Source: Candidatus Amesbacteria bacterium RIFCSPLOWO2_01_FULL_49_25 (GTDB taxonomy: Bacteria; Patescibacteriota; Microgenomatia; CAZETR01; Amesbacteraceae). From it: a stretch of 64,000 nucleotides of DNA. Below are positions 49,406-59,189 of the stretch, piece by piece. How positions within the stretch are numbered: the first letter of the stretch is position 1; the number at the start of each line of letters is the position of its first letter. The position numbers were made by a program, and so were the translations under genes. The stretch is taken from NCBI GenBank assembly GCA_001773725.1, contig MEXP01000009.1, forward strand, positions 5,073 to 69,072, given 5' to 3'. The notes under the pieces are model-generated. The model saw only the letters and a list, made by a program, of their open reading frames with translations. It was not told where the DNA came from and made no database searches.

Positions 49406-50992
49406 TTATTCTATCATCCTGCCCCAGATTGCTGTCTGAGAGTTTTCGAAAAGCTTTGTCATGCCTAGTTGTGATTCATTGAGAAATGGTCGGTTGCGAT
49501 CAAGGTCGGCTAAGTATATGTAGGAAATTTTATTGGCAGCCAAGAACTGGCGAGCTGAAGCTGGATCGGAGCTAGTGAAAAAATCGTTGACAGTTTGCAA
49601 ACGATCGCGCCAGGGAAATCTCGTGATATCCAGGTTTACCGTATCTTCCAAAAAGGTGGGGTGCTGGGAAAACGCGGCTACGTAGGCAGTGGACTCGTAT
49701 TTGTAGAGCGGCCTGGGAGCTGGGGCATAGGTGTCGGGTTGGGCGGGATATGTCAGAACCGCACCGGGTGGTTGGGTGGATAAAAAGTTGAGAGCGGTAA
49801 GTTCTTCCTGAGATATTTTGGCGGGAGGCTGAGACGGCAGGTAGTGAGGTGAGGTTTGAAAAACAGTCGGAATGGTTAAAAGAGCGATGAATAATGAAGC
49901 AGGAACCGTGGTCTTTGAGACGACTGTTCCCGCCATAATGCCGAGGAAGAATTGGGTATAGTAAAAGAATTGGAGAGTGTTCCATGGGGTTCCCGATTGG
50001 AGAAAAAACATAGGGATTACTAAACCAAGGAGCGAGGCTGAAATGTAAAATATTTTGTCAGGATGATTGCGGAATGAGAGTAACCCGATGGTCCTAGTTC
50101 CAAGATTCCCGACTAGGAAAATCAGCAAAGCGACGATGTAAGCTACTGGCAGCTTGATAAGATTGAGGGTTGATTTGTAGGCCAGCATGGCTTGATAAAA
50201 CCTAGACCAGTCGAGACGGTCTGATAAGCCCATCATTGTTTCCAGGTACCAGCCGGGCTGCCAAACCAGCAGCTTAGAGCTGTTTGCTAATAGCTGATAG
50301 TTTATGGGCAGATATATCAGCAGCCCTATTATTAATGAGATAAAAAATTTCTTATTTTTAAAGGCTGAAAAAAATATTCCTGAAAATGCCAGTAATCCGG
50401 CGTAGATTTTGACTTCAGGAAGAAGACCCAAAATAATACCCGCGAGGATGTAGCGATGACTACGAAGTAATAGTAATAATAATAGCAATAGGATAAGAGA
50501 CAGCGCGTAGGGGGGGTTTAGAAGAGTGGAGATGGCTTGCTGGGACCAAAAGGTTGATTCTCCCTTGCCCAATACCCAACCCAGACTGCCACCAAAGTAG
50601 GTAAAAAAAACCGACCAATTATTGGTGGTTAGTTTGAAAACCAGATAGCCGGTTAAAAAGGCCATAATTGGTGGAAGAATTTGAAAGTAAAGGTTGACCG
50701 TGGGAATTCGAGTGAGAACGTGCAGACTGGCGACTAAAAGATCAAAGCCGAGGTGATAATTTTGGATTTTCTCCCCAACAAAAATGGGCATTTCGAAAGT
50801 TCCTCGCGATAGGCCTTCGATGATAGCTAGGTGCCAAACTCCGTCGTGACCATTGGGACCCCAAAAACCCATGCCAAAGTCATAAACCAGCCCGCTTTTG
50901 ATCATGGTGGCTGACCAAATAATCGTGCCTATAGTTATCAATAACCAGTGCTTATTTCTTAGAATCCAGGGCATGGTAAAAATGACGGACAT
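49406..50992 (-). CDS. Large polytopic membrane protein with C-terminal soluble domain (unknown; glycan polymerase/GT-C candidate)
   Basis: 'GMGFWGPNGHDGVWHLAIIEG' loop, poly-Leu segment, ~12 TM, ~130-aa hydrophilic C-terminus. Confidence 0.4.
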   Translation of the reverse strand: MSVIFTMPWILRNKHWLLITIGTIIWSATMIKSGLVYDFGMGFWGPNGHDGVWHLAIIEGLSRGTFEMPIFVGEKIQNYHLGFDLLVASLHVLTRIPTVNLYFQILPPIMAFLTGYLVFKLTTNNWSVFFTYFGGSLGWVLGKGESTFWSQQAISTLLNPPYALSLILLLLLLLLLRSHRYILAGIILGLLPEVKIYAGLLAFSGIFFSAFKNKKFFISLIIGLLIYLPINYQLLANSSKLLVWQPGWYLETMMGLSDRLDWSRFYQAMLAYKSTLNLIKLPVAYIVALLIFLVGNLGTRTIGLLSFRNHPDKIFYISASLLGLVIPMFFLQSGTPWNTLQFFYYTQFFLGIMAGTVVSKTTVPASLFIALLTIPTVFQTSPHYLPSQPPAKISQEELTALNFLSTQPPGAVLTYPAQPDTYAPAPRPLYKYESTAYVAAFSQHPTFLEDTVNLDITRFPWRDRLQTVNDFFTSSDPASARQFLAANKISYIYLADLDRNRPFLNESQLGMTKLFENSQTAIWGRMIE

Positions 50993-52430
50993 CAGCTATT
51001 AATGCCGGACCGACTAAAATAAAAATGGCTATAGAAAATACCAATGCCGAGGTGGTGATGTTGACAGCAAGAAAATAAATGTTTGCGGGTAAAAGCCGGG
51101 CTAGAGTTTGGGTTACCGGCAGCATACAAATGGTGGCGATAAGCGGTTTGAGGACGCTTGAGGAAAGATCAAACTTGGTAATTTTCTTGACTATATATAT
51201 GGGGATGATCGACGTAAATGAAATGATTGCAGTTGCCCAGGCGACTCCATCGAATCCGTAACGAATGGCCATTAAGGGCGATAAGATCCAGGCTAATGCC
51301 GTCCACATGATCATGAGATACGTATTTATTTTGACTTTTCCTAAAGCATTGAGGACATTGGTGAGAGGGGTAGAAATAGCGGCCCAGGCACTATTGAAAC
51401 AATATAGCGCAAGTGCCAAAAGGGCAGGTTGCCATTTGGCATAGCGGGGATAAATCTGGATTATGACGGGCACCAAAAGAGTAATCCCGGCGAGGATGGG
51501 GAATGTAGCCAGGGAAACGAAGAATAGGGTTTTTTCGACGGCTTTTTTCAATTCGACGGGGTGATCCTGAAGACGGGAAAAGCCGGGAAAGGTAACTTTG
51601 GTAACGTTGTCCATGATAAAGCGCAAAGGTTTTTGAGAAAGAGTCTGGGCGGAGCCAATGAGACCAACGCCACTGGCGCCGATTATTTTCCACAGAAAAA
51701 CTATTAATAAACGGTCTTTAATAACCGCTATAAAAGTGTTTAATTGGAACGGAATTCCGAAGGTGAGTAATCGTTTTAACGAGGGGCGAGAAAAACTAAA
51801 GCCCATTTGCCATGGGGACAGAAGATAAATCATGGCGGTGCCAACTAGTCCGCGTAAAAGCACTGCCCAAACATATGAGAGAATCCCCTGCCCTTTTACG
51901 GCCAAAAAGATTAAGGAACCATAAAAAACTAAGGTCTCGACTATTTCGACGCCAGCTAGAATCTCGAATCGCAGGCGTCTTTCCAACACAATTGAAGGGA
52001 TGCTTTTGAGTGAAGCCAAAAAAAACCCTGCCAATAGGCTGTACAAAAGCAGAACTCCGTGGGGGGACAGGTCGTAGTACGAAATAAGTCTGGGAGAAAG
52101 AATGAGAGTGACAACTATGAGCAGTGACACAAGGACTTGCTGGATAGTAAATGTGGTACGCAGGTCCGAAAGTGTGATTTCATCCTTCTTCTGAATGAGA
52201 GAGGCGGCTAAGCCGATGTCTGAAAAGTAGCTCAAAATGGCGACTAATTCATTGATGACTACAAAGAGACCAAACTCGGCTGGGCCTAGATAGCCCCAGA
52301 GGATGGCTAGACCGACAGTGGAGATAATTTGGATAAGAAATGATCGACTAATGAGGGTGACAACTCCAGTTAGAGATCTCGCCTTGACCGTAGCCAAATC
52401 TACATCCCCGAGTGTTACTTCCGCATCCAT
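50952..52430 (-). CDS. Wzx-like oligosaccharide flippase (MOP/PST superfamily, polysaccharide biosynthesis protein)
   Basis: ~14 TM, N-terminal 'KARSLTGVVTLISRSFLIQIISTVGLAILWGYLGPAEFGLFVV' and mid-protein 'LKRLLTFGIPFQLNTFIAVIKDRL' typical of PST-family flippases. Confidence 0.75.
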   Translation of the reverse strand: MDAEVTLGDVDLATVKARSLTGVVTLISRSFLIQIISTVGLAILWGYLGPAEFGLFVVINELVAILSYFSDIGLAASLIQKKDEITLSDLRTTFTIQQVLVSLLIVVTLILSPRLISYYDLSPHGVLLLYSLLAGFFLASLKSIPSIVLERRLRFEILAGVEIVETLVFYGSLIFLAVKGQGILSYVWAVLLRGLVGTAMIYLLSPWQMGFSFSRPSLKRLLTFGIPFQLNTFIAVIKDRLLIVFLWKIIGASGVGLIGSAQTLSQKPLRFIMDNVTKVTFPGFSRLQDHPVELKKAVEKTLFFVSLATFPILAGITLLVPVIIQIYPRYAKWQPALLALALYCFNSAWAAISTPLTNVLNALGKVKINTYLMIMWTALAWILSPLMAIRYGFDGVAWATAIISFTSIIPIYIVKKITKFDLSSSVLKPLIATICMLPVTQTLARLLPANIYFLAVNITTSALVFSIAIFILVGPALIADVRHFYHALDSKK

Positions 52431-54061
52431 ATGGATATTTTACGGTTAAAGGACAATAAAAGTAGAGACCAGGATATTAGAGAAAGCGTGTTGCCCAGGG
52501 TGCGGATGGGGGTGTTGGTGAATTTGGCCACAATTTCATGACGCCCGGTGGGAAGTGATAACTGCGGACGGCCCAGTAGTGGATCTAGATTATAGTTTTT
52601 CACTTCTGCACCGTCTATCCAGTATCTCCAGCCGGGAAAATAATAAGTTTGCAGTTCGACCAAGGATTGGGGAGAAGTAATGTCAAGAGAATATTTTTGT
52701 AAGTTGGAGGTTTTGATAATTCGGATGAAAGTTCCCAACCCTTGGCTAATATTGAGGTCTGCTCCGACCGGATCGGCTGGAGGAGCGGGAGCATAAATTG
52801 GGAGATAATCGAAGATGCCGGAAGTTACTAATAACTGCCAGGACTTACCGGAAAATTTTTGGGCATCGGTCATGGACGGGTACCATTCTCTGGGACGAAA
52901 ATAGTTCCCATTCATAAATATTAATAAGCTTATTATTAAGGGGACAAAGATTTTTTTGTTGGTGGCCATCATGATAGCTCCGGAGAGAAATGAGGCGGTG
53001 AAGACGGCCAGAGTGAGGAAGCGCCAGGGGAATTGGAGAAATTCGAGCGGTTTTAGCACGAGCCATATGGGAGTGGATTTGGAATGGCTCATGAATAATG
53101 CACCGAGGGTTATAAGAACCAGAATTATGATTAATGATTTATGGTTTACGAATTTTTTGGAGAAAATAAACAACAGGACTAGGATTGGAACTATCCAATA
53201 TAAAAAACCTAGGGCGAAGGACATAGTGTCGGCAGGGCCCAAGATGGATGATCCGTAGCCCCAATTGATGTTGAGAAAGATCTGCTTTAAGTCCAGAAAA
53301 TGGGCCAGGTAGTTAAAATAACCGGAAGTAAGAGTCCAGACAGATACGTATTTAGTTTCGAAAATAACAGGTAAGGTAAAGAAGGCGGCAAGACCCAGGG
53401 ACCACAGAACTGCCAAAAACAAATTTCTAATTGACCTAACTGACCTAAACTTTGCAAGCCAGAAAAGGCACCAGAGAATAAGAACGGGGGTGAAGATCAT
53501 GAGCATGGGATTGTGAGAAAGCATGAGGGCGGCAACGGAGAGGGAGACGAATGGGATCCATTTGGTTTTTTGGTCTTTTATGAGCCGATAAGTGGTCCAA
53601 AAAATGAGCGGATAGAAAGCCATGGCCCAAAATTCGTTGACGGCTGCCCGGACCCAAAAATCCACGGAGTGATATGGCGCGTAAGTGTAAAAAGCTGCAG
53701 AAACGAATCCTCCCCAGCGACCCCAAAATTCCCGAGCCAGCAGGTACATGTTCAAGGCAGTGACTATAAATCCAAAAATCCCGACGACCTTTACTACGTC
53801 GATGTATTGAAACCCGAGCCACACAAATGGCTGGCCGATTAAGTATGGTAAGGGCGGATAATAGTTGAACAGTGGATAGCCGAAACCATAGCCCATATCC
53901 GGAACCCAGCGGCAGGGAATCTGACCGTCTTGAAAACATTTGTTCAGTTCAAGTTGACGAAAAGCTTGCAAATCGTCGTGCATGGAAAAATAGCCCTTTT
54001 GAAATAAAAGAGCAAATGAGGGAAGAATTAAAATTAATAAAATTAGTAAATCTTTTTTCAT
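52415..54061 (-). CDS. Polytopic membrane protein family D (YfhO/PTPS-related-like GT-C candidate)
   Basis: 'MHDDLQAFRQLELNKCFQDGQIPCRWVPDMGYGFGYPLFNYYPPLPY'; paralog of 26770-28365. Confidence 0.5.
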   Translation of the reverse strand: MKKDLLILLILILPSFALLFQKGYFSMHDDLQAFRQLELNKCFQDGQIPCRWVPDMGYGFGYPLFNYYPPLPYLIGQPFVWLGFQYIDVVKVVGIFGFIVTALNMYLLAREFWGRWGGFVSAAFYTYAPYHSVDFWVRAAVNEFWAMAFYPLIFWTTYRLIKDQKTKWIPFVSLSVAALMLSHNPMLMIFTPVLILWCLFWLAKFRSVRSIRNLFLAVLWSLGLAAFFTLPVIFETKYVSVWTLTSGYFNYLAHFLDLKQIFLNINWGYGSSILGPADTMSFALGFLYWIVPILVLLFIFSKKFVNHKSLIIILVLITLGALFMSHSKSTPIWLVLKPLEFLQFPWRFLTLAVFTASFLSGAIMMATNKKIFVPLIISLLIFMNGNYFRPREWYPSMTDAQKFSGKSWQLLVTSGIFDYLPIYAPAPPADPVGADLNISQGLGTFIRIIKTSNLQKYSLDITSPQSLVELQTYYFPGWRYWIDGAEVKNYNLDPLLGRPQLSLPTGRHEIVAKFTNTPIRTLGNTLSLISWSLLLLSFNRKISIWMRK

Positions 54062-54069
54062 AATGACTT

Positions 54070-55575
54070 CTATTTAACTGGAATGACCTGGAAAAATAGC
54101 AGGTATTCACGGGTGGTGTCGGGGCGAGCACTTTTGGGGTAACTGGCTATTAACTTAAGGCCTATGGATTCGGGGTCGAAAACATGGAAACGACTGGAAT
54201 TGACGACCAAAAAAACCTGGTTATCGACTAGTGAGTTGGTGAGTTTCTCGTCGACGGAATCGATCCAGACACCGACACCAATAATCCGGGCGTTGGGAAC
54301 GTCGTTGAGGTACATCTGAAGGGCGGAAAAAGGGGTACCAAAAAAGCCTTCGGAGCCGACTAGAACCGATCCGGACTTGGCGGCTTGGCGAAGATAGGCG
54401 GAAACCTCACGAATCCCCTGCCCCGCCGTCCATTCCTCCAAATACCCCGAGCGCTCTATGCGGGAAAGAGGAGCATCTTCGGGGCGGCTGAGTAATTGAT
54501 AATCGATGGCAAGTGAGGGGAAAAAAATCAGAGCCGAGGCGACATAAACTAAAAGATGTTTCTGGGTCTTTTGACTGATGTGTTCAATAGCGTGGGCGAT
54601 AAGGATTACTGCGAAAGGAACGGTAAATAACAAATAACGAGCGGTGAATGACTTGGCGATAAAGGATTGGGCGACAACCGGAATAAGCCACCAGGCGGCC
54701 AGGACTAGACGAGAGCGCCAATGGGTTAAACGACCCTCGATAAGGCCCCAAAATGCAAATAATAGACCTATGGGAGTCAACAGATACAAGTAAAAGCTGA
54801 AAGAATCTTTGAGATGCGGAATCAGTGGATCTAAGGGATGACGCAAAACTTCTGTCAACGAATAAACATAATCTTGATTGCGAAGGGCAATTTGGTGAAA
54901 TTCGGGACCGAGACGCAGTATGTTGTACATCCCAAAAGAAATGCAAAAAGTAATAGTCAAAAGGCAAAATGATTTAAAAATAGTTTTGAATTGAAAGTTG
55001 GGTAAGAAAATCAGAAGAGTTGGAGACATGACTACCGCAAAGATGGCCGGGGATTTTGTCAGCCAGGCAAACCCAAGGGCGAAACCGGCTAACTGGGACA
55101 TGTCCAGACGAAGGTGAGAGACGGAAAGATAAGATAAGATAAAGGCCCAAAGTACAAACATGGTCAGCAAACTATCCGCCAATGCCATTCGGTCAAAAAA
55201 GACCAGGTAAGGCAGGGCGGCCGATAAAACTGTCGCAACTGAAGTGAGACGCCAGTTTTTAAAAAGAAGATAAGAAGCTAGCGCTATCCCGACCACAGTG
55301 CCTAAGCCGGCAATAGCCGAAAGTGTGCGAGCGGCTACTAGAGGATCGAAAATTATTTTTAGGAAGGGAATAGTGAGCCACATAAAAAGGGGTTGTTTGC
55401 CGTCGGATAAGGGTAAGAACCGAAGGGAGGCTTCGGCTCGCATAACCTGACTCCAGCGGATGTAGATCGATTCATCGGCAAAAACCGGCAAGGAGTTGAG
55501 GTTCCAAAAGCGAAGGAGAGCAGCTAGAAGAAGAACAGCCAGACTGAAGATAATCAGCCGCTTATGATTACTCAT
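54070..55575 (-). CDS. GT-C-fold membrane glycosyltransferase, ArnT-like (family A variant, 'FADESIYIRW' loop)
   Basis: 'LPVFADESIYIRWSQVM' mirrors the ArnT DExRYA loop; ~12 TM; C-terminal soluble domain. Confidence 0.7.
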   Translation of the reverse strand: MSNHKRLIIFSLAVLLLAALLRFWNLNSLPVFADESIYIRWSQVMRAEASLRFLPLSDGKQPLFMWLTIPFLKIIFDPLVAARTLSAIAGLGTVVGIALASYLLFKNWRLTSVATVLSAALPYLVFFDRMALADSLLTMFVLWAFILSYLSVSHLRLDMSQLAGFALGFAWLTKSPAIFAVVMSPTLLIFLPNFQFKTIFKSFCLLTITFCISFGMYNILRLGPEFHQIALRNQDYVYSLTEVLRHPLDPLIPHLKDSFSFYLYLLTPIGLLFAFWGLIEGRLTHWRSRLVLAAWWLIPVVAQSFIAKSFTARYLLFTVPFAVILIAHAIEHISQKTQKHLLVYVASALIFFPSLAIDYQLLSRPEDAPLSRIERSGYLEEWTAGQGIREVSAYLRQAAKSGSVLVGSEGFFGTPFSALQMYLNDVPNARIIGVGVWIDSVDEKLTNSLVDNQVFLVVNSSRFHVFDPESIGLKLIASYPKSARPDTTREYLLFFQVIPVK

Positions 55576-56314
55576 ATTTACCCAGTATACCGTAGAGGCG
55601 GATCTTGAAGGTATCGAGGGCCATCTGGAACGGCTCTTTCCAAATATTTAACCTGTCGGACCAGTATTTGATCCAACTGACCGGAACTTGGGCTATGGCA
55701 TAGCCGTATTTCTGGGCTAAAAACAGCACTTCCACATCGAAGGCTCCCATATAGCCACCGGCAATTTCCCCTTGGGGTAGACACACTTTAAGTTTGGAGA
55801 ATATCTTTCGGGCGGCAGTATGAGTAAATGACTTGAAGCCGCATTGGGAATCCATAATGCCGGGCAGGGCAACAACTTGAACTAGTGTCACAAAAGCCCA
55901 ACTGCGGATTTTGCGAACCAGGGTATCTTTGGCGGTTTGAGTTCGCACACCGATAACCACGTCGGCTCCGGATTTGTGAGCGGAAATGAATTCGGCTACT
56001 TGATGCAGGGGGGTAGACTGGTCGAAATCAGTAAACAAGATATATCTCCCTTTCGCGGCCAACATCCCGGCTGTGACTGCCGCCGCTTTGCCGCCATGGG
56101 GAATTTGTAAAACTTTGATATTCCGGTTCATTACTTTCGAGAGCAAGTTATGCGTGTCGTCCGTTGACCCGTCGTCTACGAATATAAGTTCCCAAGGGTA
56201 TTTTTGCTGTTTTAAGTACTTCAAGGGTAGATCCAAAACCCCAGCTTGAAAATTAGACGATTCGTTGTAAGCCGGGACAACTACAGAAAGATAAATCGGA
56301 TTATTTTTGTTCAT
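55568..56314 (-). CDS. DPM1-like GT2 glycosyltransferase (polyprenyl-phosphate sugar synthase-like, soluble)
   Basis: 'IYLSVVVPAYNESSN', 'LIFVDDGSTDDT', 'ILFTDFDQSTP'. Confidence 0.8.
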   Translation of the reverse strand: MNKNNPIYLSVVVPAYNESSNFQAGVLDLPLKYLKQQKYPWELIFVDDGSTDDTHNLLSKVMNRNIKVLQIPHGGKAAAVTAGMLAAKGRYILFTDFDQSTPLHQVAEFISAHKSGADVVIGVRTQTAKDTLVRKIRSWAFVTLVQVVALPGIMDSQCGFKSFTHTAARKIFSKLKVCLPQGEIAGGYMGAFDVEVLFLAQKYGYAIAQVPVSWIKYWSDRLNIWKEPFQMALDTFKIRLYGILGKYE

Positions 56315-57006
56315 GATTCATGCTCCGCTAATTGTTTGGCAAATTTTAGTTGGTTAATAAAGTTTATTAATCCAAGAAATTGGGGGTAAGAGACAATCAT
56401 TTTTATGTCTTCCATGAGACCTGATAATCCTTTCTTCCATATTTTGTTGACTTGGCCAACTCCATTCAATGATACAGACGCAACATTGTATTTGGCAAAG
56501 AAGACGGTATTCATTGCCGGTTCAATGAGATACTTGGGCTGGGAAAAGATTTCCGGATGAAGGTGAAGTATTCTTTTTTTGATGACCCTTTCGCCGGTAT
56601 AGGCCAAGTTGAATCCGATCCAGTCCATCCATATAACGTCGTGGGTTCGATGGCCTAAAACTAAGTCATTATTTCCCTCGAAAAATTTGTTGGCTAATTT
56701 ATTCAAATGATAAGTTTTGAAACCTGTTAGATCTGCGTCTACGAAGGCTATAAATTCCCGGTGGGTGTTTTCCAGTCCGGTTTTAAGAGCCGCTGCTTTA
56801 CCTAAATTTTTGACATGATTAATTAGTGTGATTCCTGAAATTTTGGCCAAGAGTCGCCTTGAATTGTCAGTGGAACCATCATTGACGACGATGATTTCTT
56901 TGACATATTGTGATTTTTTGACCTGGGAGATTATTTCTGATACTCGAGTGCTTTCGTTATAGGTTGGAATGACAACAGAAAGAAGCGGACTAAATTTTGT
57001 AGGCAT
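56311..57006 (-). CDS. DPM1-like GT2 glycosyltransferase
   Basis: 'LLSVVIPTYNESTRV', 'IIVVNDGSTDNS', 'IAFVDADLTGF'; start set at MPTKF. Confidence 0.8.
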   Translation of the reverse strand: MPTKFSPLLSVVIPTYNESTRVSEIISQVKKSQYVKEIIVVNDGSTDNSRRLLAKISGITLINHVKNLGKAAALKTGLENTHREFIAFVDADLTGFKTYHLNKLANKFFEGNNDLVLGHRTHDVIWMDWIGFNLAYTGERVIKKRILHLHPEIFSQPKYLIEPAMNTVFFAKYNVASVSLNGVGQVNKIWKKGLSGLMEDIKMIVSYPQFLGLINFINQLKFAKQLAEHES

Positions 57007-57742
57007 GGGTGAGGGAACGGAAGCGGACAAGAAGAAGCCCTGTGAGTCCTGCGATTGCATCTTTGACAAAGCTCACTCGGCGAGACTCCTGGTGACGCCA
57101 GGAGACGGGAACTTCGACAATCTTGTAGCCCATTTTCCTGCCTAAGTAAAGCATTTCTACATCAAAACCAGGGTTAACTGCTGGCCCCGAAATTACGCGG
57201 GGGGGAGTAATTTTGTTCATGATCTGGAAGATCCTTTTGCCAGCTTCCGCTGTAAAGGCCTTGAAGCCGCATTGTGTATCTTTAATTGGCAGCTGGAGAA
57301 TGAGAGCTCGCATAATTACGTTTCCGTAAGCAAGAACTTTCCTAAATAAAGGGGCGTTGGGACGACCGGAGCGTGAACCGATAACTATGGAGTAGCCAGA
57401 TCTAAGTTTTGGTAAAAATTTATCCAGCTCAGTTATGGGCGTGGCTTGATCCATATCAGAAAATAAAATAATTTCGCCTTTGGCGGAAAAAACACCGGTG
57501 GCTATACCAGCGGCTTTGCCCATATGAGGATTGTCTATAATGGTGAGTTCGCTGTGGCGATTTGCCAGCTCATGTAAGAGCGAAGATGTGTTATCGGAGG
57601 AACCGTCGTTGACTATTATTACTTCCCAAGTGAAATTCTGTTCCTTGAGGTAATCAATGACAACATTAAGCGACCCGCGATGAAGGTTATCAGCTTCGTT
57701 ATAAGCAGAAATGACGACTGATAGGTATGGTTGATCGTTCAT
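56990..57742 (-). CDS. DPM1-like GT2 glycosyltransferase
   Basis: 'PYLSVVISAYNEADNL', 'VIIVNDGSSDNT', 'ILFSDMDQATP'. Confidence 0.8.
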   Translation of the reverse strand: MNDQPYLSVVISAYNEADNLHRGSLNVVIDYLKEQNFTWEVIIVNDGSSDNTSSLLHELANRHSELTIIDNPHMGKAAGIATGVFSAKGEIILFSDMDQATPITELDKFLPKLRSGYSIVIGSRSGRPNAPLFRKVLAYGNVIMRALILQLPIKDTQCGFKAFTAEAGKRIFQIMNKITPPRVISGPAVNPGFDVEMLYLGRKMGYKIVEVPVSWRHQESRRVSFVKDAIAGLTGLLLVRFRSLTHAYKI

Positions 57743-57744
57743 TG

Positions 57745-59187
57745 TTACTTAGTAAAACCGAACATGGGATCAGTTAAATTGGAGTCTGCCCCAGAACAGC
57801 TGATTTTAACATTTGGGGCTGTATAACGCCAATAATCCGGGAATACTATTCCTAAAGCGCCAAAAGTGAGGTCCAATCGATTGGCTCGGGGGTGGGGAAA
57901 GACGACAGTATAAACTGGAGCCAGACTATTAACCGGGGCGGTTTTGACTTTGGCCAACCAGAAAAGATAGCGGTAGCCTAATTGGTAACCCTCGTCGGTC
58001 ATATAGGAAACGGAAACGCAGGGATAGTCATGTAATTTGGAGTCGGCGAATATTGCGGCAACCGCGGCTTTGCGCTCAATATAACCGCTGTGATTGACGG
58101 GGAGATCAACTAATCGAATAATGTTATGAACTACAAAAAAAGGTAAGATTAGGAAAGATAATTTTGGATATCGACTGAGAAATAGGGCTGCGATAATAAT
58201 AAATATAATATTCAGGCTATTGAGATAGTATTCGGAAAGGTTGATGGGGTGGAGAGAGAAAAAAAGAACGAATAATACAAACCAGCTTACAAAGACAAAA
58301 ACTTGGTAAGAAGTGAGAATTTTCTTCCTAATTAAATAAACAAACGCGATTAAGACAATGATGGGCAAAAACCAAAAGTTGAGTGCGTTGGGTTTGTTCC
58401 AAAAAATATAGTTTATATTTCTGGCGGCGTATTCAACGACGTGCCAGATTTTTTCGAAGAGCGGACGGGAAATTTGAGAAGTTTTGTCGAAAGAAAAAAA
58501 CAGGGCTTTAGTTTGGCTGAAACCGTGACGAAATTCAAAAACAATGAGAGGCAGGGAAAGAAGAACAAATATAACTCCCGGTTTTAGGAAATCTGAAAAT
58601 TTATGGTGTTTGCGGACGGCCAAAAAAGCCAGAACGGTGAGAATCCCAAGAGCCAAATGGATATGCCAGACGAGCGAGAAAAGGAAGGCAAAATAGATCA
58701 GTGACCGACGATGGAGGGCAAAAAGAAACCAGATTGACCACAAAAATACTAACGTGGTGGGAACAACCTCGCGCTCAGTGGCGGAAATACCAAAAGAAGC
58801 GGCATAGATTAGGGTAGAAATAATGGCGACCTTTTTGCCCCATATTTTTTGTGTCACATAAAAGAGGCTTATTATTGAGATAAACCCAATTAGCCACGGC
58901 AAAGCTACAGTACCAATGGGATCCATACGGGTGGCCAAATAGAAGGGGATTAGGGCGTAGTAAAAATAAGGGCCGATGAAGATTCCCTGGGCCGTGGTTT
59001 GCTGGCCGATGAGGCGGAGGTGTTTATCGACGACGATATCTTTAACTATCCAGGCAGAAAGATCATTATCATGGTTGTAGTTGAAGCGCTCTTTATACTG
59101 GTAAACCCTCACAAACATTCCGATAGCCAATATTGCCAACAAGGGAATTATGCTGATTGTTTTAAATGAATTAATTAACTTATGCAT
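57745..59187 (-). CDS. GT-C-fold membrane glycosyltransferase, ArnT-like (family B)
   Basis: 'NYNHDNDLSAWIVKDIVVD...GIFIGPYFYYALIPFYL', ~12 TM. Confidence 0.65.
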   Translation of the reverse strand: MHKLINSFKTISIIPLLAILAIGMFVRVYQYKERFNYNHDNDLSAWIVKDIVVDKHLRLIGQQTTAQGIFIGPYFYYALIPFYLATRMDPIGTVALPWLIGFISIISLFYVTQKIWGKKVAIISTLIYAASFGISATEREVVPTTLVFLWSIWFLFALHRRSLIYFAFLFSLVWHIHLALGILTVLAFLAVRKHHKFSDFLKPGVIFVLLSLPLIVFEFRHGFSQTKALFFSFDKTSQISRPLFEKIWHVVEYAARNINYIFWNKPNALNFWFLPIIVLIAFVYLIRKKILTSYQVFVFVSWFVLFVLFFSLHPINLSEYYLNSLNIIFIIIAALFLSRYPKLSFLILPFFVVHNIIRLVDLPVNHSGYIERKAAVAAIFADSKLHDYPCVSVSYMTDEGYQLGYRYLFWLAKVKTAPVNSLAPVYTVVFPHPRANRLDLTFGALGIVFPDYWRYTAPNVKISCSGADSNLTDPMFGFTK

Positions 59188-59189
59188 AA

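Noticed and set aside
48781-50992. Treating 48781-49401 and 49406-50992 as one frameshifted pseudogene
   Set aside because: The two ORFs are in different frames and I cannot show sequence continuity with a one-piece homolog. I kept them as two genes and flagged the junction as a finding instead.
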